A program made the position numbers and the translations under genes. Positions 23,733-34,415 of a stretch of 64,000 nt of DNA are shown here, piece after piece; the stretch's first letter is position 1, and every line of letters starts with the position of its first letter. The notes under the pieces are model-generated. The model did not search any database. It was not told the origin of the DNA and saw nothing but the letters and a program-made list of their open reading frames with translations. Source of the DNA: Balamuthia mandrillaris (Eukaryota); contig JAVKOQ020000038.1 of the NCBI GenBank assembly GCA_031835245.2, forward strand, positions 124,001 through 188,000. Direction: 5' to 3'.

Positions 23733-23895
23733 GAGTGGCCATAAGAATTTCAATGTAGCCTTCGTCAGAACAGATTATATAACCATAGATTGATGAAGGC
23801 TACATTTAGTAGAAGTCCACCAATGTCATTGTCAAACAATCGAAATCATTCTTATTTACTAATGCCGCCAGATGAAGGCTACTCTCTCCGGCCAA
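23733..23895 (-). repeat. Intergenic palindromic repeat, copy 2 (inverted)
   Basis: Arms 23753-23767 and 23791-23805, third box at about 23874-23883. Confidence 0.95.
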
Positions 23896-23896
23896 C

Positions 23897-25231
23897 TTAT
23901 ACATAGCTGCATGATGTGTTGTAAGTTATGCTGGTCATTGCAATGTCCACAGCATCACTTCAATCAGTTGTGGCATTATAAGTGCAGGCAAAGTCTATCA
24001 ATCCGTTAGCCTGTATATGAATGCAGCAATACATGTCAAAACCGGCATGACTGCATTGAGCCATGAAATATTGGTTAACACTCGGCTGATATTCCAACGG
24101 CAAAGCAGATTGAGAAACTAACCTCGCAAACGGAGTAGGAAGGCCGTTGAAGAGGATTGACTCAGTCCAAGTTATCATAACCTGATCACCAATCCTTGTT
24201 AACTTATGGTCAACATTCAAAGCCTTTGTAACGCTGGCACCATCGTGGTAAGATACAACCATATCATCTGCTATCATAATTCCAACTGTTCCAGCATCAT
24301 TCACATCCGGGATTGTATAAGTTCTGTCGACTGATGGCGCGGTTCCGCTAAAAGTGTAGTGTGTCCCAGCAGGATCATCTGAAATAGCCAACCCACTCAT
24401 AACCGCTGGCAGATAATTGATTGGCTGCGATTCTGTGAATGAACCACCGGTGCTCATGCTTGCTTGTGTGAAGGCCCATTCATCATTCATTTCATCCCAC
24501 ATCATGGTGGCATTCGTGGGGATCAACAGATAACTATCACCGGTTGTTGTTAACGTGAAGTCCGGATATGTGTTGGCAATTGTGGCAATCTTCTCTATCC
24601 CATCATAATCAGTGATCAACGCCACTTTGCCGGATTCTGCGCCAGAAGTCATCTTCAAATACCAGCCGATGTAATAATCATCTACGCTGCTACTAGCTGC
24701 ATCATTAAGATGTTGCCAGTTGCCACCAGCCGAAGAAGGCTCAGAGAGAGTTGAGGCAATGCCTGGGCTAACACTGTCAACATCTCTGTGGGCAACCACG
24801 CCGCTGTTGATATCTGGCGTTTTGTCTGTGTTGAGCTCTAAGAAATTGCCTGAGAATCCATCGGCAGTAGTGGACTCATCGGCCCATTCAAGCCCGCTGC
24901 TATCCGATGCAACTTTGAGCACTTGTCCGGCTGCACCTTTTGCTAATATCACATCACTAGTGCCATCGTGAGTTAGCAAATCACCAGCGGCTGTTAGCTT
25001 CTCATCTTCAACCCACATCACAGCATTGCCGGCGGGATTGACAGCAAGAACTTGGCCACTGGTGCCCAACGGTAAGCGCAGGTGTTGTGAGCCGTCATGC
25101 ATGAGGAGATCACCGGCAGCAGAGAGTGGCAAGATGTAAGATGCAGAGCCAGAGCCTGAGGTTCCATAAACTGAAGTAGAGCCATTAAGAACTCGTGGCC
25201 CAAGAGGTGTATTATAAGAATCAGTTGACAT
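23897..25231 (-). CDS. Putative fibre/spike (receptor-binding) protein; probable premature TGA at 23962
   Basis: Two AAGDLLxHDG...GQVL...W repeats and DDYYIGWYLKMTSG...ITDYDG, resembling phage/giant-virus fibre modules; frame stays open 20 codons past the TGA to a TAA. Confidence 0.6.
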
Positions 25232-25291
25232 TGTTGTTGTGTTGGTGAGAATACACACAGTATACTTAAGCAGGCAAAAAAATAAATGAGC

Positions 25292-25918
25292 TTAATAATC
25301 TGCTTCTACATCTTCTAACTCTTCTTCATCTTCCTTTGGGTCATCGCTTTGATGAATCACACAGCGCTCTTGCATGGCCAACCACTGTCGCAGTGAATAG
25401 TCACCACTGTCAAGATCGTCTGGGCATGTGCAATATAACAGGACTTTCTCACCCGGTTGTAAACCAAGAGTGCGGAACTTACTGATATAACTTCACGGTG
25501 TATACTGGTGCCAATTTGGGAACACAATATTGAACCATACTTTGAACTTCTCTTTGGGTACTGACCGCCTTGCATGATGAGGTAAGTCAATTGTTCGTTG
25601 TAAGAAAGTCCGCGCATGTTGTACATCAGGATTGTTTTGATATTCCCCCCTAATATTCAGGTCAATGAGGTCATTTACTAAACCAACGGTAAACCAGATA
25701 TCATGATAATCCCCCCTTGCCATTCCCACACGGGCGTTATAGAATGTGGAGAACTGCTTGTGTTTTTTGATACCAGCCAACACCGGCAAGTATTTGATGT
25801 GATGTAATGTGTGTGAGAACAACTGCCAATGTTTTGCTTGCTCCAGCTGGCGCAAATGTTCGCCAACAATGTACTGAATCTCAGGCAGCAATGGTAAGTC
25901 TGCAACTCTGGAGTCCAT
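25292..25918 (-). pseudogene. F-box-like paralog family protein with premature TGA at 25495
   Basis: MDSRVADLPLLPEIQYIV...HQYTP*SYISKFR...EDVEADY in a single frame. Confidence 0.55.
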
Positions 25919-25952
25919 TTATTATAGCTGAGATAAAAAATAATGCGATGAT

Positions 25953-26327
25953 TTAATGATACAAACACTGCCCATACTTGATGCACTTCTGCCGGATAAT
26001 TGCCTGCCAGAGAAGGCGCTTCTCATGTTGGCGGTAGTCCCTCAGATTGTGAGACAAATGTCTAACGAAGTTGAACCATATATCAAAATTTTCTTCAAAG
26101 TTTATGAAGCCTGTTTGCTCTCTGAGATACTTAGCTAATTCCTTTTCTTCCTTATCCATTTGTGAGCCATTGGCCATGCGGCATCAGGCTGCGTGGTGAA
26201 CATTGGAGATGCCCTTAACAGGAAACCTGGCTCGCTTGTTCATGTACCAAGAGTATAACAGGTAGTCTTTGATCTCGTTCAGCGCAGGGGTAAACTTGCG
26301 GCGATGTTCGTCATGCAAATCCAACAT
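25953..26327 (-). pseudogene. Paralog family protein with premature TGA at 26186
   Basis: MLDLHDEHRRKFTPALNEIK...HAA*CRMANG...FDIWFNFV; shares H...FTPxL..I and WFN.V with neighbouring ORFs. Confidence 0.5.
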
Positions 26328-26376
26328 TGTTTTTTTGGCTCTACTTATACTTATGCAAACACAAAAAATAATTTCA

Positions 26377-26685
26377 TTAATTCATCATTTGAAGTTTAAA
26401 GCAAAACATGAATGCTTGTATTTTTGTAAAGTTCAGGTAATGTTGTGACAAGGTGAAACAACTTCGCCTGCCTGCGATGTTAGGAGGCGATATTAAACAA
26501 ATACTCCCATTGTTCATTTGCAGTTTGTAATCTTGAAAGTCTTGCATCTTCCTGATTTGAGAAAGTACAGGTGTGAACTGCAACTGGTGTCTATTCTTGT
26601 CATTTTCAGCAAGAATATTGCTGACCACAGCTTGAAGTTCAATTGGGAGTGGTAAGTCAGCTGCTCTCTTATCAACATAGACCAT
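26377..26685 (-). CDS. F-box-like paralog family protein
   Basis: MVYVDKRAADLPLPIELQAVV...RHQLQFTPVLSQIRK, similar to the N-terminus of 25918. Confidence 0.55.
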   Translation of the reverse strand: MVYVDKRAADLPLPIELQAVVSNILAENDKNRHQLQFTPVLSQIRKMQDFQDYKLQMNNGSICLISPPNIAGRRSCFTLSQHYLNFTKIQAFMFCFKLQMMN

Positions 26686-26739
26686 TTATTATAGCAAACA
26701 CAAAAAATAATTTCATAAAGGAATAATGTTGCCCACCCC

Positions 26740-27519
26740 TTAAACGTAATTGTTCTTCAACCACCGCAAATGCAGTATGATACTTGTTGGCTCACCATTG
26801 AAGTTAATCCGCCGCCTGAGATTGTCCGTGATTTGTATGCGGACATGGTTAATAACTTTCTTCAAAAGTGGGAGATAGATCCGCGCACTAGGAGTCTCGT
26901 TAATGAAATAGCTTGGGAGAACAACCGGCAAGAATGTATGGATAGCGCTGGTGGGAGAACCATCCGCAAGCGAGTTTTGTACAATATCTACATTGATGAG
27001 AATATCTGTGATGCCGTTGTTGATTAACACGTTGTTCTGCACAGTTGTATCAGCACTATAAACAGCTGGGTCAAATCCAAGCCACTGTGCAAGTGCATTC
27101 TGTGTGAGATCAACACTGTAGCCGCCACTAATAACCAACTGTGCGCGGTTCAGTTGATAGTTGGCAATAATTGTGACATAATACTCATCAGCACCATTCG
27201 GGCCAGTACTGGTGGAATAGTCGCCTGCGGCTCTCATCTGTGCCTGAATGAACGTATTAAGATCCTCAATACCATAAAAGCCCGCCGGAATATTGATAGT
27301 TTGGTCCACACTCCCGTTATTGTAGTAAAACACAATGTTATCATACTGGGCTTCAATATTCCGCCAAGTATACCAGCCACGGAAAGAACATAGGGCGATC
27401 TCATAGTTCTCAGCGCTATCAATAGTAAGCGGTGGATTGAAGTATGTTGTGAAATCATCTGAGGTGCCATTTGTGTGGTTAGCTGAGTTGAATGTTAGGT
27501 AAAAACTGTGATCCAGCAT
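26740..27519 (-). CDS. Minor capsid protein (penton, single jelly-roll)
   Basis: YEIAL, IPAGFYGIEDLN, INVDIV.NS..DG..AIHTF, IQITDNLRRRINFNGEPTSIILHL: Polinton penton pattern. Confidence 0.88.
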   Translation of the reverse strand: MLDHSFYLTFNSANHTNGTSDDFTTYFNPPLTIDSAENYEIALCSFRGWYTWRNIEAQYDNIVFYYNNGSVDQTINIPAGFYGIEDLNTFIQAQMRAAGDYSTSTGPNGADEYYVTIIANYQLNRAQLVISGGYSVDLTQNALAQWLGFDPAVYSADTTVQNNVLINNGITDILINVDIVQNSLADGSPTSAIHTFLPVVLPSYFINETPSARIYLPLLKKVINHVRIQITDNLRRRINFNGEPTSIILHLRWLKNNYV

Positions 27520-27581
27520 TGTTGTGATTGTACAATCCTACTATATTATTGGTGGGAAAAAAAGAAATCACGGCGGATTAT

Positions 27582-28513
27582 TCACTCTTGTTGATTTACC
27601 CGATCCCATCCCTGCCAGTACCTATATGGATTATGTGATCCTTTGCTATTGCAATCTATAACTAAGAAGCCCGGCGGTGAAGAGGTTGCCATTGCATAAG
27701 CCCGGCGGAAGTCCTCAAGCAACATATCCTCTAGTACAATATCCTGCCAGAAGTTCTCTAAGTCCCGCCCGTTGAGAGGTGAAAACAGAAGATAGTAATT
27801 CATCTGATCATGAATGAGTTTGGGCGTCTTCATGTAGCTCTGAGAGATGTAAATCTGTTGATGGGGGATAAACCCTGCGGATCAAGAAAGGGACGGCACG
27901 TAAGCGACTCTGGGTTTATTCACAAGGAAAGAGGTGTGGACCAAAGTGTGTGCTTTGAGTGTGTCGCAAGGAAAAAGGGAAAATAAAAAGGGGTGAGAGA
28001 ATTCGGGGTATCCAGGGAAAGTGTCGACAGGAAGTCATAATGACGTGAATTGTTGGTTTTCCAACAAATCATATCACAGCTTCGTCTTTGCCCCATGAGA
28101 AAGTAATCGCTGATCATTTGCTGGTCTTTAACCGCCACAAAGTCATCAAATATGATGAGATTGTGGTAGTTGTTGTCAACCTCCAGCAGCGGGACTAGCT
28201 TGGAGAGTTTGTTAGTATAGTACAATATTTTCTCACCAGTTTGCTTCTCATAGTCTTCAAAGCGCTTAATAATGAATTGATACTTTGGCTCACACAAATC
28301 CGCGGCATATAAGAATAGCCGGTCAAAGCTCAGATAGTTGAACAACAGGTCAACAACATGGTTTGTCTTACTGCATCCTGTTGGGCCAACCACAAGCATT
28401 CGGAAGGGTGATTTCGGCGCTAGGAAGTGTTTCGGCAGGCGCCAAGCTGTGCCTTCTTCAGTCCACATGATATCATTGAGGTTAGTATATACAAAGGGTT
28501 TGTCTTTGCTCAT
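27582..28513 (-). pseudogene. A32/FtsK-type genome packaging ATPase, split by a solo LTR and with a mutated Walker A
   Basis: FRMLVVGPTGCSKT, LIIFDD, MGQRRSCDMI|YISQSYMKTPKLIHDQMNY; removing 27856-28070 restores the frame. Confidence 0.9.
27856..28066 (-). mobile_element. 211-bp solo-LTR-like insertion
   Basis: TGTTG...CAACA termini, AATC duplicated at 27852-27855 and 28067-28070, AATAAA on the minus strand. Confidence 0.85.
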
Positions 28514-28597
28514 TGTTGTTCTCAGCACACTGGCTATATTTTAGGTGAGATATTTTTTTGTAGTCTTTATTATAGTGGTTAGCAGACAACAGCAACA

Positions 28598-30065
28598 ATG
28601 AAATTTGTACAAGTGAGAAACCTACAGGATCACATTGCATTAACAGAAGAGGTAGCGCAACTGCAAGAGGGTTTGCGAAAGCGGTCGCGTTCTCATGCAT
28701 TGGGCAATCTATCTGAGTTTGATGACATCAATAAACTTGCATTGCCGATCACATGTGAACTACAAGGATTGCGGGCTGATAACTTACAATCCCGCAGCTA
28801 TACAGACCGCTGAGGACTGCAGGATGAAGCACCAAAGAAGAAGATGGATGATGAAGATCCGCTGCCAGGTAGAACAACTGAGGGTGATAAAGTTGCCAAT
28901 GAGTGGGAGTCGTATACTCTTGGAGAGCTTTTAGGAGAGCCAGATGATGAAGACTTTGAATCAATACCAGGCGCATCTTCTGCCGGCTCTTTGGCCACAG
29001 CAATGGTCCCATCCGGGATGATCCCACAGGGATACATGCTGGTTAAGCCGCCAAAAGACAAAGGCAAGGGTAAACAAGTAGTTAGTGAGCCACCTTCACC
29101 AGCATTTGCCCCACAGCCATCTGGAACGCCAGCATCACTTAGCATGAGTATTCTGATGATGCCTAGTGGTGGAATGAATATCAAAGATTACTACATGCTA
29201 CAACTGAAGAACAAAGCAAATAAAGATAGAGCTGACGTGAGGAAAACTGAAATGATGTTTGATCCCGATGAAGCCACAACCGGACTGTTCAGGGATAACA
29301 TTATAACGCCGGAACCAGGCCAGACATTTTGGACAACAGACACTATCTCTGTGAGACAAATACAGGAAACAAAAGGCAACATACAAACTGACTCCGGATT
29401 TGTTGAAGTTATTGACTATTGGCGCCGATGCCTTTCAGGATATGAAGGATGACATTAGTGTTTCAGTGATGCAGGATTACAAAAGAATTGCTACACACGG
29501 AGGTAAAGAGCATGGTTTTGGGAGGGCAGGGAAGTGGAGCTATATTGAGGACCACCTTCGTAGCCATACCGGCAAAGGATTGAAGAAGAGAAAGCAACGG
29601 GGCGGCCGGCCTGGCAATCTTATCAGCCTTCTTGGCGGTTGCAATAAGAAAGCACCTAGTCAGCCGGGTAGGAAGCAAACAGGAGGCAAACTGGCTGGTA
29701 AGAAGCAGAGCTCGCTGAGCAGAGTGCCAAGAGGCACGTTCCCTTCAGGAAACTGTTCCAAACGGAACCAAGTTGGCGGTTATGAAGCCAGCACTTCTTC
29801 TTTCACTGGCAAGACTCCAGGTCTACAGTATGATTTCTCAATCGACAATGCATTCAACCAGCTGAAGACGTTGATTGCCACGCGTGAGAATGGTAATAAG
29901 AGTAAGAAGTTGTGGGCGGAGATCAGTGACGGGCTTGACTTCTTGCAGCAGAAGAAGGCGTTAACACAAGAGGAACATAGTGTGGCGCTTAACCGGCTGT
30001 TGGGAGTGAAAGATACTTCGGCTGGTGGTATTGTGGCACCAGATGATAGCGAATATCTGGATTGA
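28598..30065 (+). pseudogene. Polinton-type conserved uncharacterised protein; TGA at 28811 and a frameshift near 29353
   Basis: TYKLTPDLLKLLT...DYKRI and QLKTLIATRENGNKS..L..EI...LD.L resemble conserved Maverick accessory motifs; GKGL/GG cleavage-like sites. Confidence 0.6.
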
Positions 30066-30094
30066 AAGTATCACAGTGGGTGGTTATCTTTTTT

Positions 30095-30355
30095 TCAATA
30101 AATGTAGCCTTCATCAATCTAGGTTATATAACATTGTCGAATGAAGGCTACATTGGTGGACATAACTTTTTCAATAAATGTAGCCTTTGTCATATAGCGA
30201 GTGGCCATAAGAATTTCAATGTAGCCTTCATCAGAACAGATTATATAACCATAGATTGATGAAGGCTACATGTAACTGAAGAAGGCTGGTAGAAGTCATA
30301 AACTTACAATATCTCTCATTCTCCTTGCTTTGCTGGATAAAGGCTACTTTCAGCT
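30095..30355. repeat. Intergenic palindromic repeat, copies 3a (+, core only), a half-site and 3b (inverted, full)
   Basis: Palindromes at 30102-30153 and 30219-30271; third box at about 30340-30348. Confidence 0.93.
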
Positions 30356-30378
30356 GACACAAAAAAATAACATACCTC

Positions 30379-30774
30379 TTACTCTTCGGCCTCCTCACCG
30401 CTCTCATCCTTGGCTACATTGTCATCATCACTATCAAACTCCTCCGCATAATGTTGGAAGACATACTTGGACAACTCGCCGGCTTGCGGTTTACTTACTG
30501 GCTTCTCTTTTTTCGCGGCAGCACCACTCTTCTTCACCAGAGCTTGCTTACTTGCGGCTTTCCTAACCAGCGCCTTCTTTGCTGGAGTCTTCTTTACTGG
30601 CGCCTTCTTGCTGGCTGTTGTCTTCCTAACTGCTTTCTTTACCACCAGCAATGGTTCCACAATAGGTTCTGGTTCAGCAACAACTTCTTCACTTACCTCT
30701 TTCACTGACTTGTTGCCTAGAGCATCCAACATATGCTGCAAGAACTTATGTGCTAGTTCATCTGAGAACTCCAT
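30379..30774 (-). CDS. Histone H1-like Lys/Ala-rich protein with acidic ends
   Basis: KKAVRKTTASKKAPVKKTPAKKALVRKAASKQALVKK. Confidence 0.65.
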   Translation of the reverse strand: MEFSDELAHKFLQHMLDALGNKSVKEVSEEVVAEPEPIVEPLLVVKKAVRKTTASKKAPVKKTPAKKALVRKAASKQALVKKSGAAAKKEKPVSKPQAGELSKYVFQHYAEEFDSDDDNVAKDESGEEAEE

Positions 30775-30827
30775 TCACTCCAACTATACTTAAGCCGCCA
30801 AATAAATCTTGGCAAAAAAATTTTTGA

Positions 30828-31295
30828 TTATTCTCCTTCTTCTTTCTTCTTTCTCTCAACACCCATGTACTCCTTGAGAATATAGTTGATTTGGTTCTGC
30901 TGCATTTGCTCTAATGTTTGCCTGCTCAGTAGTACTCGCCCCTGGAAACAAACAGGCATCCCAAGTGCCGCAATAATTGACTCCTTCAGTAGGCCATACA
31001 CAAGATGTATCTTTGAATCCTTGGAATGCGTGATAAAGACCAACACATGCGCATGCAACCTCTTTTGCCGGGCTGATTTCCACTCAATTGATGATGCTAA
31101 CTGGAATGAATAAATAGGATCCCGGGTCTTACCCCACTCAAATATCTGAAGCATATCTTCTGCATTCTCTTCAGAGAACACATCCTGTATAACCCGCGTA
31201 AACTTTCGCACAAGCCGGCAGCTCTCTGGCGTGTTCTTGACCTTCTTGTTTGTATTGATGAATATGTGCCACTGACTAATTGCATAATCAGTCAT
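30828..31295 (-). CDS. HUH-superfamily (Rep-like) endonuclease
   Basis: Ordered motifs WHIFINTN (I), E...RLHAHVLV (II, HUH), NYILK (III, YxxK) in 155 aa. Confidence 0.7.
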   Translation of the reverse strand: MTDYAISQWHIFINTNKKVKNTPESCRLVRKFTRVIQDVFSEENAEDMLQIFEWGKTRDPIYSFQLASSIEWKSARQKRLHAHVLVFITHSKDSKIHLVYGLLKESIIAALGMPVCFQGRVLLSRQTLEQMQQNQINYILKEYMGVERKKKEEGE

Positions 31296-31359
31296 TTATT
31301 TTTCGTTCGTTGGTTTTCTCACTCCTATAGTATACCAGACAAAGAAAAAGTGAACAACA

Positions 31360-31554
31360 ATGACTATGTACTGTCCCTGTTGTAAATGAAAGACGGCTGA
31401 CTCCGGCAAACCAATTGTGAAAGTAGCAGCAAACAGCCGGTGATATCAGTTAATGAAGTGCGGAAGCTGTGGTGCAAGGAAGTCGAAGTTCCTATCTGTG
31501 CGTGGTGGCAGGTCAAAAAAAAAGAGAGTAATTCCGGGCAATCACTACTACTAA
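31360..31554 (+). pseudogene. Small zinc-ribbon protein (DUF5679-like) with TGA at 31387 and 31441
   Basis: MTMYCPCCK*KT...ANSR*YQLMKCGSCGARKSKF. Confidence 0.65.
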
Positions 31555-32249
31555 ATCATCCAACTAACCTACAGGAAGGTGAAGGGTTGGCCGACATTTA
31601 CAATGCAGTGAAGACAACGCTGCAGCAGATGTTTGGCGGTCTCAGGTTGAATGCTCCACCGGCAACCCGCCGGCTTGTGGAAGCCAAAGGAAACGTGGTG
31701 ATTACTTCAATGTATGTTGTGCAAAGCCCAATCCAACAAGCAATAACTACTCTCGGCAATATCCTAACACTAGGAGACTTATCCCGAATGCAGCACAAGT
31801 TGAATTACAACAATCTATATCATTTGTATCTTATTCTTCGGCTCCAAACCAGTGAAGTTATCCAGCTTGAGAAGAATCAAGTGGTAAGCGCCCGGCTGGC
31901 CAGTGAAGCCGACCTACACCTGCATAATGGCAGCGCAATGCAGGTTAATGTAAGAGGCCGGCCAACACTTGCCACAATGCTTACCCGCACTTTGAAGGCC
32001 GTGGGAGAACGCCAGATGTGGCTGTATAGTGCCACTAGATACAATTGCCAACTGTTCATACATGACATACTTGCGGCCAACGGAATGCTAACAGCAGAGT
32101 TAAAGAACTTCATTATTCAGGACGCAGCACAACTATTGAAGGGCCACCCACGTATCCGAGGCCTTGCTAAACTTGCAACGGACTTAGCCGCAAAGTGGTA
32201 TATGGCTCAGGTTTCTGAGGTTCCACTGGAACGCGTGGGCTTTCAATAA
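31515..32249 (+). CDS. Permuted papain-like (PPPDE/LRAT-type) hydrolase; probably joined to the upstream Zn-ribbon by a -1 shift
   Basis: His (LYHLYL) precedes Cys (YSATRYNCQLF); EGEGL site lies before the first ATG. Confidence 0.55.
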   Translation, partial: KKKESNSGQSLLLNHPTNLQEGEGLADIYNAVKTTLQQMFGGLRLNAPPATRRLVEAKGNVVITSMYVVQSPIQQAITTLGNILTLGDLSRMQHKLNYNNLYHLYLILRLQTSEVIQLEKNQVVSARLASEADLHLHNGSAMQVNVRGRPTLATMLTRTLKAVGERQMWLYSATRYNCQLFIHDILAANGMLTAELKNFIIQDAAQLLKGHPRIRGLAKLATDLAAKWYMAQVSEVPLERVGFQ

Positions 32250-32309
32250 TTATTTATTTATTGATTTTTTTATGTCTGATATAGTATAGTGTATTAGTTC
32301 AGCGCGAAG

Positions 32310-32678
32310 ATGACGGAAATTATTGATCAAGTCCGGGAATTATGCCAGCAGAACCTTAGCAATAATGAAATATGTGAGAAATTAAACCTTACTGTGTGGC
32401 AACTGAAAAAGATTATGTTCTCCAACCATATCCAGAAGCCGCATAAAAAGAAGCATGTGTTTGATGAAACCAGCAGCAAGCAAGCGTATATTTTAAATGC
32501 CCTCAGTGTGAAGCCAAGCGTGATTTGTGAAATACTTAACATTGGCTATCAAGTCTACCTGCGGATGGTTGAAGCCGGCAAGACAAGCTCCGCGGATATA
32601 ACAGAAGAAGATATTAACACTGCTACCCGCAGCATTGTTGCCCGCTTGGGTGAGTTGGGCAAGCCTGCCCGTAAATAA
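32310..32678 (+). CDS. HTH-containing protein
   Basis: LSNNEICEKLNLTVWQLKK and KPSVICEILNIGYQVY: two HTH-like units. Confidence 0.6.
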   Translation: MTEIIDQVRELCQQNLSNNEICEKLNLTVWQLKKIMFSNHIQKPHKKKHVFDETSSKQAYILNALSVKPSVICEILNIGYQVYLRMVEAGKTSSADITEEDINTATRSIVARLGELGKPARK

Positions 32679-32738
32679 TTACGATTTTTTTCTTTTTTGG
32701 CTGCTTTAGTATAGTACCTGCATTCAGTAAACTAAACA

Positions 32739-34356
32739 ATGTCCGTGAAACAACTCGACCCGAGAATGACCCAAGAGTGGGATCTCTTCAGCAGCGATGT
32801 CGTTGATGAGACTACCACCTCTTTCGAATATGTGAGGTTCCCTTACTTAGCAAGCGGCGCCTCTAACCAAATCCCGGCGACTGGTGATATCCAGATTCAG
32901 ATTCATGATATGGCTTCCTGGTTGTTGATTAATAAAGCGTTTTTGGAAGTGAAGTATAAGATTACCAAGTCTGATGACACTGCTCTCTCAGTACTTCCCA
33001 CTGACAAGGCTACTACCACTCAGTTAGTTGGTTTGACTAATGGCGGCTGGAATATCTTCAGAGAAATACAGTGGAAGATCAATAACAAAACTGTTGGCGA
33101 GGTTGATAACGTAGGTTGACTGCCCAGGGAAAGCAGCCACTGCCCCTTGCGAGGCAGCACGGCGGGACGACGGTGTTGCCACCGCCGCCCAGACCTAGCT
33201 GCAACCCAACCCCTTCTGTATACGTATTGTCACTAATGTGATGAATCTCGTATGCTGGAGTGAAGACAATGTGCAGTCTCTCGGCTCACGTGAGGGCTTC
33301 TTCCTGGAGACCTATGGGGGTGATGGTGTTAGTCCTCATGAGTTTTTGAGAGATCAAACCGCAAGAGTGCAAGCCTATGATGCAGCCACTGCTGGCTCTG
33401 TGGTGGCTGGCACTTTCACCACTTTGTGGGATAAGATTGGTAATTGCTCTGATTCCTTTGCCAAACGTGTGGCGCGTTCTGCTTCCACTGCTGGCCCAAC
33501 TAGTAAACATACCACGTTGTTCCTTCCTATTGCTGATGTCTGCTGATTCTGGTATCATCAACGTGCGGCATGGCGCGGAACTACTCACACTCTAGTGTTG
33601 AGGCAGAATGATGCCGCATTGGCTCTTCAAGGAACTACTTTTACATACGGTGGTGTTAGTTATGCTAGCTCAACTGACTTCAAACTGGTGATTGATGAGC
33701 TCAACCTGTGGATTCCTAAGATCCAGCCCAGTTTGCAAGTGCAGGCAATGCTTGACAAACAGCTCGCCGCTGGTACCTCAAAGACCGTTGTGTATAATGA
33801 TTTGTACATCTATCGCGGCTCTCCAACCACCAGCACTGGCAAACAAACACTGCCAATCACTAGCTCTATTCGTAAGCCTAAGCGTATGTATGTTGTGTTC
33901 CAAGATGCCACAAGGCTCGCCAGAGCTACTACAATGAGCAGGAATAAGGCTGTATTTGATCATCTGAATATGCAATCTATTCACGCAGTTGTTAACGGCC
34001 GGAGTGTACCTGAGAGTGAATACCAACCTTACTTCGGTGCCTCTAACAAAAGCTATGTGCGATTGTACAATGCATATTTGGAAGCCGGAATGCATTGCAA
34101 TGATAGTGAGTCTGGCAGTGTCGTGACATTTGAAGACTTCAAGAACTTGTATCCTATCTTTGTCTTCGATTGCGGCTACAACAAGGGTGATCGTGCTGCG
34201 TTCAGTTATCAGACAGCGGCTGATAACCATCTTGAATATACTCCTGGCAGTGGTGCAAAGGCATCATTTGTGCCGATTGTTATCATCGAGGCGGAGGCTG
34301 AGATTGAGTACAAGGGTGATGGTGAGTGCTTACAAATCGTTGACAACCGCCACTAA
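32739..34356 (+). pseudogene. Double jelly-roll major capsid protein (~500 aa), interrupted by a 109-bp insert and a TGA at 33544
   Basis: KAFLEVK, IFREIQWKINN, DELNLWIPKI, KPKRMYVVFQ, AVFDHLN...VNGRSVP, FEDFKNLYPIFVFD: Polinton MCP pattern. Confidence 0.9.
33115..33223 (-). mobile_element. 109-bp GC-rich structured insertion in the MCP gene
   Basis: Removal restores DNV-G-IVTNVMNL; minus strand forms two GCAA-loop hairpins; GT microhomology at the ends. Confidence 0.75.
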
Positions 34357-34415
34357 ACAACTAATAACCTACCAATATTTTTTTGTCTGCTATAGTATAA
34401 GAAGAAACCAGCAAG

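Noticed and set aside
23897..25231. Apparent preferential survival of CCG/CGG contexts among CpGs
   Set aside because: Only an impression by eye, and several mutated sites are in CCG context; needs k-mer counts.
25357..25626. Separate 89-aa ORF
   Set aside because: Alternate frame; the 25918 ORF reads through one TGA to a natural acidic C-terminus at 25292.
33115..33223. MCP insert as a canonical spliceosomal intron or group II intron
   Set aside because: Frame-restoring ends are GT...AC rather than GT...AG; too short for group II, with no domain V; structure favours the antisense strand.
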